Assembly (NCBI GenBank): GCA_973895155.1
Contig: OZ316891.1
Coordinates: forward strand, 28,153,145 to 28,217,144
DNA from: Marsupella aquatica
Taxonomy: Eukaryota > Plantae > Marchantiophyta
Direction of reading: 5' to 3'
DNA: 64,000 bases
Shown: piece by piece, positions 1-11,414 of the stretch
Numbering within the stretch: position 1 is the first letter of the stretch
Layout: each line of letters opens with the position of its first letter
Notes under the pieces: generated by a model
Told to the model about the DNA's origin: nothing
Databases searched by the model: none
What the model saw: the letters and a program-made list of their open reading frames with translations, nothing else
Made by a program: the position numbers and the translations under genes

Positions 1-1180
1 ACTGCAGAATTGTCCTGCTCATTTCAGAGATCCAGGCAGGAAGGGAGGCATCAGTGACAAGCTGTAATTTGTAATTGGGACCTTAGCTTCCACTGAAACC
101 CAAAGTATCTTCTCAATTAAGCTCAGACCTCAAAACTTCTCTAGGTTCGAAACTTGGAAGAAATTTACGACCCTTTTACCTTACCTAAGCTTGCAGCCTG
201 ATGTTCTGTTTGCCAAACACAAACATACAATTATGTACTTCTGCTGGAGCAGGCCTCTTGGGAAGGCTTCAATCTACCGTGCAAAGAAGAAAAATCAGCA
301 AAGCATTTTGCACCAAACCCACCAGGTGAACCAGAAGACTCAGATCAACGATTCAACCCGCGATTAATAGCAGCAAATCGTTATTGAGTGGGACACTGAA
401 AGAACAGGGCAGAACAGAGATGATACGATGTCCACCTTTTACTACCTTAAAAGCGTGGAGCACCTCCACGGCGGATCTGGACTACGCCCCAACAAATGAA
501 TGTACTTAACGAACTGCTGGAGTCCTTGCAAACTGGCATCTCTCTAACTGAGCGCCTGCAATGAATGGGTGGATGGGCGGCTTTTTTCCGGCCAAGTCCT
601 ACCTAACAAGATCATGACACTGCCAAAACGCTAGTTTTGATTGATTGCAGACGGTCATCAAATGACTTGGAAGAGTCTCGTAGTTCAGGTTTCACTGGGC
701 ACATCATTGCTACTCTCTTTCTATCCTCGCAATCCGGAAACACAGGGCACGGCATTTCCTTACAAGACCATACGATGACATGACATTTTTCAAGCAGGCT
801 ATGGTCGGAATGTCAACGTATGACTGCACGTGATGTGTGTTCAACGAGAAGTCACATCTTGAAGTGTGATGGAGCTTTGTTTCCAGTAATTTACATGATG
901 CCCGAGTAGATCCTCCAGATTTGAACGGCGAACAGCTACTCTGATCCAATCCGACCGCGGCCACAAAACCTTGTTTGACCCCTCCTTCCAGGCTGGACAG
1001 TCCAGTCGAGACATGAGGCTGAAAGGGTTGAAGAAAAAACCCACTCGCCCCATGACGACGTTTACTCAGCTTTCCCAGGACAAATTGCATTCTTATGAAC
1101 AATTGAAAGGAAATCAGATTGGGAGAACCTTTACAATGACGGAAAAGCAGCAGCAGAAAAAGGGACAAGCGGCGTGCGGA

Positions 1181-2863
1181 CTAGCTTTCATGGTCCTCAA
1201 AACACTCTTGGGAAATCTTCGCAGCGGGTGTGAGAGTCGCAACACATTTGAACTTGTGTTGACTGTACTTTTCTCTAATGGCGGGCAACGTGCAGTTCCT
1301 TGTGTTGCTTTGTAGCTCGTGAATTTCCTTCACGCATTCTTTCAGGTCTGACGCCCGATACCCTGTGTAGTGCCTCAGAGTTGAAGTCCAAGGGTTCGAT
1401 GTCCCGTAGATGGTAAGTCTGGCAACAAAGACGGCGGATGCAGCAACCATGGACGGGAGATAATGTAGAAAAGTGTACTCCACAAGCGTCAGCTCAGCGA
1501 GGTAATTGCCTAGGAACTCGAGCTGAAGTTCCGGGGTTCCTGCTTGTGACGCTCGGATGAAGCGCCTCAGAAAGCTTTTGGTCGTTGGAGTGGTGAGCTC
1601 GAAATGTAAGTTAGTTAGTACCCGCCTTTCCATCTCCAAAACCTCCTCACGAGCATAGGTGTTGTCGGTGATGTAGCAGAACTCCTCGACTTGTGGAGCG
1701 CAAATCTCCTCGTACTTAGCTGCAATCAACATGCAAGACACTCCTAGAAGCTGCAGGCGCTGCCTGTTGACGACGTTTTTGGAAAGAAAACGATCGATGT
1801 ATGAAACTGTCAAATAAAGAGTGTCTGGGACCAGTTTGTACTCCTCGGCGACTTCCACAAGCCAATCAATCAGAATGCCTCTCATACTGGGATTTATGTC
1901 CTGTTGCAATCCCTCCATGAACTCTGTCGTAGGCCTTCTCTTGACCTCTTGCATTCGCAGATGCTGGTATATATCCACAGCATAAATACTGCACATTTGC
2001 GGATCAGTGTTGTCGCAATCAATATCTGTGAAGCTCTCCCTACTATTCGGCCACCCTACTTCCTGTCCCGCCTGATTACTAACGGACCAATCCGGCTGCC
2101 CCTGCCCTAAATTGACCTTCGAATTCCTCGAAATGTACAGATTCTCCAGAGTTTTTCTTTCCAAAGATGCAATGTCACTCTGCGAGGCGGGCTTTCTGCT
2201 CTCTGCCGGGGGTGCTACAACAATAGCATTGGCATTGCTAACCTTCACTGCTACATCAACTCCATACCTGCTTGAGGACACCGAATCGACATCAATTCGA
2301 TTTGGAGGGACATTCTCACGATTTTGGTGCTCGGCAGCAGCAGCCGGGCCTGCTACTGCCACCGGTGCGCTGGCCTTCAGAGGCTTCTCTGGAGCCGCAA
2401 CCTTTTCACGCTTCGTCGCCGTTGTTGAATCTGCGTCTCCATTTCTTGCGGGAGCCGACACTCCCAAAGCCTTGCTTTTTGCTGCTGCTCCCGTGGTGGC
2501 ATTCGCTTTGGCCCCTTGTACAGAATTCCGCACACCAGGAATACTCGGATGATTTGACAAATTTGCGAGAGCAGCGCGCTTCTTCACTGCGAGGTCGGGA
2601 GAGGAATTCCGAGAGGAGGGCAGACTGCCGTGGTTGTTGGACATGTTGGCCAGAGCAGCACGCTTCTTGGCTTGCTGTGCCCCTGCAGAAGGAAATGCTG
2701 CCCGAGCAGCGTCGTCTATAGCCGCTCTCTTCGAGGCCGCTCTCGTGGTTCGTTTCATGTCCTCCCCGGACCCGGAAAGAAGCATGCCCCCTGCACCTCC
2801 TGAAGCCGCTGATCCCACACTCGACCGCTTCCGGACTCGCACCCCTTCCCCTTCTCCAGACAT
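1181..2863 (-). CDS. CYCA: A-type cyclin (CYCA1/A2-like), 560 aa, single coding exon
   Basis: Uninterrupted ORF. The first ATG is at 2863 (the track start at 2899 is GTG). Cyclin box MRGILIDWLVEVAEEYKL carries the plant cyclin-A signature LVEVxEEY, followed by KYEEICAP and a C-terminal cyclin fold. Two N-terminal RAALANxSN destruction boxes. Confidence 0.96.
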   Translation of the reverse strand: MSGEGEGVRVRKRSSVGSAASGGAGGMLLSGSGEDMKRTTRAASKRAAIDDAARAAFPSAGAQQAKKRAALANMSNNHGSLPSSRNSSPDLAVKKRAALANLSNHPSIPGVRNSVQGAKANATTGAAAKSKALGVSAPARNGDADSTTATKREKVAAPEKPLKASAPVAVAGPAAAAEHQNRENVPPNRIDVDSVSSSRYGVDVAVKVSNANAIVVAPPAESRKPASQSDIASLERKTLENLYISRNSKVNLGQGQPDWSVSNQAGQEVGWPNSRESFTDIDCDNTDPQMCSIYAVDIYQHLRMQEVKRRPTTEFMEGLQQDINPSMRGILIDWLVEVAEEYKLVPDTLYLTVSYIDRFLSKNVVNRQRLQLLGVSCMLIAAKYEEICAPQVEEFCYITDNTYAREEVLEMERRVLTNLHFELTTPTTKSFLRRFIRASQAGTPELQLEFLGNYLAELTLVEYTFLHYLPSMVAASAVFVARLTIYGTSNPWTSTLRHYTGYRASDLKECVKEIHELQSNTRNCTLPAIREKYSQHKFKCVATLTPAAKISQECFEDHES

Positions 2864-3159
2864 TAGTGAAGAAGTAGAAGCCGACTCCTTCCACCACACC
2901 GAGAAGTGGAAGCAGACAGGCGAATCGGCTCAGCTAAAAAATCCGTTGCTCCTTCTCACTCTACTCTCCCGACATGAGGACCGCAGTGGCCGTTCGTTGG
3001 CAGAAACTCACACTCTGCGTCAAAACTCGATTCACGAAAAGCAATTCCGTCGCCCGTTTACTCTCCAGACATCAATCTGCACCTACACTCCGCACTAAAC
3101 CAGACAGCAGAACAAGCGGAGAGGAAACAAGCTCACTACCACATTAACCCTCCGACAAC

Positions 3160-3900
3160 TCGATGTCTTCTCCCTCTCCAGGCATGAGTGAAGAAGACGA
3201 GGACTCCTCTCAAAACCCAGAAAAAAACGCCAGCAGTAGTAGAAAATGTAATCACGACCTCCTAATCCGTCGACGCTCTCTTTTCTCAAACTCTCCTCGC
3301 CTTCCCTCCCCTCTCGTCTTCAAATCTCCTCCCCTCTCACCGCCCACCAAGAACGAACAGCCGTGGCAGAAGAGAAATCGCCTAACAAGAACGATAATCC
3401 GCCCTCTCCACTCCTCCTCTCGCCTCCTCCGCTCTGCTTCTCCTCAAGCAATCCGCTCCGGCTTTCCTCTCCTCCTCTCCTCGCTGCGTCCTAGATGACT
3501 ACCTCTCCACCTCCGCTGCGGAAGAGACAGACGACGTCTGAGCCTCCTTCTCCTCCGATTCTCTCAATACCAGCTCCTGAGCTGCCTCAGCCTCATCATC
3601 ATCATCATTCAAGCTTTTTTCCCACCCTGCGCCATCACCCATATTCCAAAACCCTCCCCCCTGCCTCCCTCCTCCTGCACAACTCTGCCTCTGCTCCTCC
3701 TCCTCCTCCTGCCACAGCTCAAAGTTGGCGACATTCTTCAAACCCCGAGCGCGGTTTACTCGTTTGAAATTGACTTCGAATTTCCCCCCTTCCCCTTCCT
3801 TCCCACCCTGGTAACCTTCATCGGACCAGACCACACACCACACCAGACCACACAGACTAACCACACCAGACTAACCACACCAGCGAGGTCTCCAGACACC
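3160..3900 (-). other. Pyrimidine-rich (+) / GA-rich (-) low-complexity region upstream of the cyclin, probably 5' leader/promoter
   Basis: Dense CT/CCT tracts, (CAT)n and ACCAC-type repeats upstream of the cyclin ATG. Overlapping ORFs are compositional only. Confidence 0.45.
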
Positions 3901-4786
3901 AGTAGTAGTAGTACAGTGGACACAGGCAGAACAGAAGAAGACGGCCCCGAACCCAAACTCAGCACCAAGTCCTCCCCTAACCACGGTTCTCCATGGCATC
4001 CCCTTATTCGCCCCGCCTCCCAACGGACCTTCCCTCCCTACCCCGCCCCGCCACGTGCGCCCTCCTTCAAACCGCGAATGCCCCGCCCTCCGACCACTGC
4101 CGGACTGGCCTGCCCGGTCACCCTCCTCCCACCTTCAACTCTCCCGCGCCGGTTCTCCCGGTGACTCTGCTACCGCCGGTGCCGACCTGTAATCGCCGGT
4201 CGCCATAAGAAATGCGAAATTAATTGATTCCACTGTACGACGCGGGCTCGTTTTTTCGCATCTGCGATATCAGCCGTCTATTCCATTCCTGGACGGCGGG
4301 GATTAGCTTCCCCGGAAACGCCCGTTGTCAATTTGTGTGAGAAATTTAGTTAAAGAGTGGCGGGGAGTACAGTAACCCCCCCCCTAACGCGCTAAAATAA
4401 AAAATTGAATATAGATTTAAAAAGTTCTTTATCGTTTTCTCGTGCACTTCGATCTCCTTCATCGAGTCATCGACGGTTTGAAAACTACTGTAGTAGGCAT
4501 TCGAATTTTGAACCGAATTATTTTTTGGCTGGCCATGCAAATACTACTGTAGTACGAAGGGCACTAATTGCAGATCGGTGAAAAGTTGGGCAGTTACATT
4601 TTCCCGTGGGCATCCAGCTCACGCCTTGCGGGGGAGGAAAAATTACTTTTTATCTTGGCCGTCGGCTCAGGGATTGTAGGGCCCAGATCTTCCTGTCAGA
4701 GCCCTTTCATCAAAAAATAAATTCAAAGAGCTTCCCACTCGAATTAGTTACGTTGGTTGGATGAGTTAAATATATAGTGGGGAGTA

Positions 4787-5047
4787 TCAAACCAGCTCAT
4801 TTTCACAGGTTTCCCATGACTCCAATATTGTGGGCCAGGTCATAGACCCTTTGTCACTCCCTGAAAACATGACTGTCAGATTCTTCCAAATCAACAATTG
4901 CTCCGCACTATAGAGGCCAGCGCCCTCCAAGATTTGTGACTCCCAGTCAACAAGCATTGTCACCCAACAGACAAGCAAGAGCTTGTTGAAACCCATCCCA
5001 AACCAAAATCTCACTGGATTAAGTTTGCCCACAAGGTGGGTTTTCAT
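4787..5047 (-). mobile_element. Possible degenerate Helitron PIF1-helicase C-terminal fragment
   Basis: Translated SQILEGAGLYSAEQLLIWKNLTVMFS aligns by eye, without gaps, to the PIF1/Helitron motif GQTLxxVGLYLPEPVFSHGQLYVALS. Identity is low. Confidence 0.4.
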
Positions 5048-7249
5048 TAAGGTAGCTGATGTAAATTTCTCACAATGGCTGACTGAAAAATTCAGGAAAT
5101 AACAGCCTTGTAACCCCCCAATAGATTCAACAGGAAATTTAATAACAAGATACTAGGAGTGTCCAGTGGAATTTCAGAGTAACAGCAGTGCATCCAGCAT
5201 TAAGCATCAGCTGGTATGTCTGGCCCTTGGTAAACCACTGCTGGAAACTAGTCCATATTACAGAGACCACACTTGGCATTTTGTCATAATCTAAGTATCA
5301 AACCCATGTTTCATAAATGGGCAATGAGGGGGACGACAGTTTTCTTTCCTTACAAAATTGACAGTTACAACAAAAGGACCAAAAAATGGAAGCCAGTTCT
5401 AGGATGAACAAGCTAGATGCTATACTGGAACAATTATCAAGAACAGTTGCTCACTTTGGCGCCAAAGTAGAAGTACAGTATATAATTAATGTTCACTATA
5501 AAAGTTTATTGTCTGGAGTTTGGACTCACTGGATAGACAGTATCGTACCAAAGTGTGATGACTTGTACCAAAAACATTATAGGCACAAGAAGCAATATTT
5601 TTTGTAGCTTTGGTTTGGTTCATTGCAATGTTTACTGAAGTAATCCTTGAAGAAAAAGATGAATTTGATGCTCAGAAAGACCACAGCATTTGATCTACAA
5701 AATTCATGGACCAATTATATTTTGATACCCAAAAGTTGAACAGATTATGCATAGAAAAGGTGTTATTGGAGTAATATGTAACATTTTAAAATAGTCCATG
5801 CAGATTTCAGTAGTCATCTACATCTTCTTACATATTTCAGCCTATCCTCGGCCTATCGGAGCTTGGGCTTCCCCAAAACATAGCTTCCTTTCAAAACAAT
5901 GCAAACTGTGGAATCTCAACGGAATATCACTTGAATTTGCTATATGGTGAATCCACCTTTCAGATTTTGTCTTATTCAGAGTTTTGTGTCATGTATTTTT
6001 ATTTCAATGTGCCTTATCAAGGGGCATCCTTTGTATCATATAGATTTTTAATTAATTTTTGGACCACTCTTTGTGTTTTCCCACTATTATTCTAAACTAC
6101 CTTCAAAGGCATGCACCTTGGTGATTTTGAAGACTGACCTCCTTAGTTAATGCCCTTCACCACCTCCATGAGGATGATCAATGGAGTTACAGCCACTTCT
6201 AGAATGATGGGCACTCGCTTGTTTTTGTTTTGTTTTGGTCTCCTTTCTTGTCCTTTGTTAAGCTGATGTTTACCGTGATTCAAATCTAGAAGACCAAAAA
6301 CATGTTTCCAGCTTAGGGGCATATATAAAGTTACTGTTGCATTTAATTTAATTATGATTTTGTGAGAAGAAGGGATAATAAAGCTCTGCAATAATAAAGC
6401 TCTGCAAATAAGGAAACCTAAATTAGAACTACAGTGTCTTCCACATACCAGGCTCATGCAGGGTATTTAAAAATGCTTAAAACATTTGTAACCACAACAG
6501 TAAGGATGTTTTAAAATTGGAGTAAGCAGTCTAATCAGCGGCTCCTTTTTGAGGAAATCATCAACCTAGCATAGCTATGTGAGTAGCCAAAATTCATAAT
6601 AATTAGAGAGTCTAGGCACCCTTTTTTTCATGAAACAGCTAACCTAATTAGAGAGTACGTTACACTCGAACAAAGCATGTTGGGGTGCTCAACACCCTAA
6701 GGCACACTACTCATTAAATGCACTTTGGCCTTATGCGTGGTGGACAACAGTAGCATTGATCAACCTCATGTAAACTTTTAACCTGTGGGGGTGATGTTTG
6801 GTAACTAAGCTCCTAACTAACAAACAAAATTGGTACTCTACCTCCTCAAAAGCAGACTATAGATATCAATGCTCAGCCTATGACCCCTCGACTAAAGTGG
6901 ACTAATTAGTGATGGGCTTTTTGAGTATCTCTCTCAGGGTCCTTTCTCTTTCTGGGATTTCTTGTGAGCTGCTGGCAGTCCTTAAAATCACAACTTGTAA
7001 CACACTTGCCTCGCTCTGTGGCATAGATAATTTGCGACAGTTATGAGTCTTGCCACCCATGTGTGAGTTTCGCCTGATAGATTATGAGAGTTTTTTTAAT
7101 TCTAAATGTTAGTAGACAAGGACTTTTCTCAGAACACTCTTGCTCATGAATGTGCTGTATGTCATGCCAAACTCCTTGGTGTCGGTTTGATCAACATTTA
7201 CAGCCCCCATAAGGATGCTATTCAACCATTGTTTTAAAGAATATTCTTC

Positions 7250-7980
7250 ACAGTGCTCAATTCTGTGCCACCATCTGATCAACACCAACAACCCAGAAAG
7301 CCACAACCAAGTTAGAATGGCTTTACAAGCCGTTGGGGGCACTTGTGAATTGTCTCACCTAATCAACTGGAGGGCCATGTCATGTCTAAAGATAGAGTGC
7401 AAACAAACAATCTTTCATATATGTAAATCCTTTTCAATGAAGGAGCCAAAGTTTGGGAGTGTTTGGACCACCTCTAGAGATAATAATAAAAAAGTAGACA
7501 AGATAACTAAGCACTCCAGGTTAAACATATACTTGGGCCCATTGTTTTGTCATGTAAGAGTGGACACCATACTTGAACAACCTACGAGTTCTTGTAAAGC
7601 CATCTAGAGTTGTTTCCACTCATACTTTTCCTGAATAAAAGGCGCAATGAAAAAGAGTGTACCTAAATGTAGGATGCCAAGATCAGCTGGGAGGAGCATC
7701 TTATAAATTCAGTGTCTAACCCCATCTATTACCTATGGACTTTTTGTACATGCTTCAACATAAAATTGGGAGATGCTGCAACAAAACACTGGAATGGGTA
7801 GAGTGTAGCAATCCTGCTATCATGGGAAGGCTGAATGTTACATGAAGCCCTGCCATGAGCACTTTATCCACCATAGCTTGATGGATAAGGAATTGAAACC
7901 ACAGAAATTCCTTATGGTTTTAACAATCCATGTGAGGATCTTGTCAAAGGAAACATGGGGTCTGAATATTAATGATGGCC
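7250..7980 (-). mobile_element. Possible highly decayed L1-type LINE ORF2 relic
   Basis: Interrupted translations resemble, in the expected order, the L1 post-RT motifs (FRY[LG], VLSYLVYF, QLIR*D..P like LVxWDxVCxP). Many stops and frameshifts. Confidence 0.3.
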
Positions 7981-8919
7981 AGGACTTTGGCCGCCCGTGA
8001 CAACTCATTCATGGCCACGAGAAAACAGGGGACAGGCACCCACAATCATGGTCCACACCAGTTAGCTGTGGGTGTATTCCCATAACCGTTGCTATGTAGT
8101 CTATGCTTGCATGGGCGTCAACTCTGTTTGTCAAACATCAAACACGGGTCTCTCTAAATTACGTGCCCATGAATGTTTGAGTCTGTCATTAAGTGTCATT
8201 GCCCCGTTTGCTGGCATTCCTACATGCCTGAGAGCATCTCCACCCGTTCGGGCACTTGTGGCCCCTATCCCAAAAATTTGCCTTGCGTTTATTCAGGTCT
8301 GAAGGATGCTAGCCCGAGACCCTCCTCGCTGATCCCCACCGGCACCCCGCAAAATTTGCACGAAAATGTTTGTCGAGTGCGGGAAACTCTCCAAGCGGGA
8401 ACTCAAGCTTGAGCCAGATTGCGCCCAGTCTCGCGCCCAGTGTACACATTCAATCCGTTGATCCGTCTGGGAGTCAAAATGGGGGCACATTCTCTGACCG
8501 CCAATGCGTATGAATCTGGCAGTCAGGGTCTGCAACTTTTCGGTGGGCAGCCATCAGTTTAGGGGTTGCAGGGTCCCGGTGGGACGTCCTGCCCGCATAT
8601 GTGAAATTGCCATATGCCTAAATGGAGGTTACGGGGCTCTTTGCTGGCCCATGTGGAGATGCTCGGACACAAATGTGCCATCTACATATTGAGCCCCCTA
8701 ATAGCTGAAAGTTTTCCTAGGACAAACCTGGGAATGCCTTTGTGCCATGAAACCGACTCCAAGCTAAACTCGAGGGAGGTGATTAACCACAGTCCGCAAC
8801 CCACGGAGTTAAAAGTTTACCTCATCGAACAATCTCGGCACTGTATGCTTTAGCCAATCCTAGAAAAAACGCAATTCCTTCGGCAAAACCTTCTCACGAA
8901 TGTTTCCACTTTTCATGCA

Positions 8920-8927
8920 TAGGGTTT
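8920..8927 (-). promoter_or_regulatory. Telo-box (AAACCCTA) upstream of mitochondrial L35
   Basis: TAGGGTTT about 200 bp upstream of ATG 9122. Telo-boxes are typical of plant translation-machinery promoters. Confidence 0.45.
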
Positions 8928-9121
8928 AGCAGTCCTTCACGTTCTCTGCACAGCTAGACTTGCGTTTTGCGACCTCACATCACTATGAAAGCTCGATCGG
9001 TCTGACCTTCTCTCTCTCCGTCTCGCTCTCGCATGGATTTCAAAGCATAACTACAAAAATCTGCCAGTTCTTCGGTCAGCCGCAGAGCAGACTAGTCTAG
9101 TATTTTGTAGAAGGAAGAACG

Positions 9122-11414
9122 ATGGCACTGCGGGTGCTGTTCCGGAGCTCCGCGGCAAGATCTTGGCGCTCTAGATCAGTTGCTGCTGTAGATCCTTGTG
9201 CGAGAATTCCTCGGGATTGCGAATCCGATGGCGCTTCTTCTGCGATCGCAGCATGCTCCTCTGCCTCCCTTGCTGTGTCACAATTTCTCATGCCTAAATC
9301 TCCTCTGTTTTCTTCGTCTTGGACATTTCCTTCCTCTCCTCCCGTTTCCGGATTCCTGCATTCTCTTTCTCATTCTTCTTCTGCGTCCGCGTCCGTAGCT
9401 CTTCGAATTCCGTCCCACGTTTCTTCATTTCTCATAGCTAGGCCTTCTGTTGCACACCTTTCTAGCTATTCTGCCGGTCTGCGTCGCTCTCTGGTCGATC
9501 TGAGGCTCAACAACGTATCTGGTGTTGGCGCACAGGATCCCGGCGGTGCCTGTTTGACTCTAGTGACATCGGTCAGTTCAGACATTCTCCTGGTGTCTCA
9601 GTTGTTGTTGAAGCGTTGGAACATGAGTATGGAATTGTGGAATTGACGTAGATGTACATTCATTCTGCCTCTTGAAACTGATCCCTCACCCTTCACCTTT
9701 GATGATGGAGGTTTTGCTGGGTCAGCTGGACTTAGTTTACAATTATATTCTAGATGGGTTTAATTAGCTTCAAGTCTGTCGTCTAGAGACTTGGATATTT
9801 CTGAATTTTGGACTTCTTCAATCTCGCTCATTTCTAGCCTAGTTGCAGTGGAGGTATTTTTTGCTTGAGAATCAGGATGTTTCCAGCTCAAACTAGTCTG
9901 TGTACCTCCAGTTCTGTAGTGTTACTGCATTTGGCTCATTTTTTATTCTAGTTCTTACTTTTAGGTCAATCATAGTTTTTTTCCCGACTAGCATCTGTGT
10001 GATTGTCTCAAGTAATGCAATCGAATTGTAAACATTTTTCGCGGGATGTTATATTGATCGGATTACAGTGGATGGGACTATAGCCAGAGGATGTCAATGT
10101 TGCTGTCATTGTGCTTGACCCTAATTATGTGAATACAATTTTAATTTGAGAACGTTAACCTCCTACTCGAACTTTCACTAACTTCTGTCATGTTTCAATC
10201 ACAGATGCAGCAGAGGCGCAGTCTCTCGAAATTGAAGAATTACAAGATGAAGTCCTACTCGTCAGTATTCTGGTAGCCTGGGTAGTTTAGGCTACGTCAT
10301 CATCTTCTGTAGACACTCTACAGCAGTAGCATCAGTTGCCACCAATGTATGTGTCCTAGCAATAATTAAGGAGCAATCATTAAAGAAGCCAAAATGAGGT
10401 GTTGTTGATATTGTTCCTTAATTTCATTGTGATGACAGATCATACAAGAAGAGATTCAAACTTATGGCAGACGGGACTTATAAAAGGTGGAGGTCAGGAA
10501 CACGCCATAACGCGCACTCTAAGGTATGAAAGACATGGAGTAGGAGCATACTTAGGTTGTAACTGCTGGAAATGATTTGCAAGTGAAGCATTCTTTAAAT
10601 GCTTGTGGTAATCACGGGATCAAGTTTGGCTTTAGACAAAACAGAGACAAGATCCAAAACGTTTTCTGGATGATCTTGTCATCGCCAGGAAGCAGTGTAG
10701 GTAGTCATTCACATATGTTTTCTCAGCACTGGAAGGTTTTGATGTATGCCTGAGTTGAGACTTTCCTAGACTCCAGATAGCTCTATTCTTGTAGTTTGTT
10801 ATGGAGAGTCATCCTTCTTTTCCAGCAGACATGATCAGTATCTACAATATTCTAAGGTTTGAAACAGGAGACCAGCTTGACTCTGAATTGATCAACTGCG
10901 CATATGCCTTCTTTTGTATATGACTTGACAGTACGAGCATGTTCATTTATTCTCGTACAAACCTGATCGATCTCCAAGCCAATGTCTTGGTTTAATTTAT
11001 GCCAAAGAAATTCAATAGTGTAGTTTCTCTTCTTTCTAACCACTAGTCTCTGCTTCAAGAAGCGTGTCTTCGGAGTGCTGGAGTCTTGAAGCTTTTGATA
11101 TTAAGTTGTTTCTCTCCCTTTTGATGGTTCAATAGTTACAACCGTACCTCCTGGGGTATCCTTAATTGAACTGAATTGTCGTAAAGTTAGCCTCAGACTG
11201 CTCCTGGCCGGACGTATGGTGGTGTCAGGGAAATCTAAAATGCTACCGTAGTGTTCGTATTTCTGAAGTTTGTTGAAAGCTTTGCAAATCGAAGGACTAA
11301 TGTGCCAGATGCCTTGTTGTGCAGACTCCGAAGCAAAGAAGACAACTGAGGAGACCATCTATTGCCCCTGCAGCCCTTGCAACGGTCATGAAGAAACTGC
11401 ACTTTGTTCGATAA
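9122..11414 (+). CDS. RPL35: Organellar (mitochondrial-type) 50S ribosomal protein L35 with long Ser-rich N-terminal presequence
   Basis: Exons 9122-9571, 10205-10260, 10439-10523 and 11325-11414, all GT-AG and phase-consistent (the exon 1 donor is the least certain). The spliced C-terminus KMKSYSSYKKRFKLMADGTYKRWRSGTRHNAHSKTPKQRRQLRRP...VMKKLHFVR* is the bL35 domain. Confidence 0.9.

Noticed and set aside
2864-2899. ORF-track starts at GTG/TTG (cyclin 2899, SUFB 20526, PPR 27975, LRX 42536)
   Set aside because: These are prokaryote-style start calls. In this eukaryotic context the real starts are ATGs, found downstream or in upstream exons.
2112-3098. Long plus-strand ORFs antisense to the cyclin (and similar ones over SUFB, PPR, LRX and mTERF)
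   Set aside because: Shadow ORFs caused by GC-rich codon usage on the coding strand. No recognisable domains.
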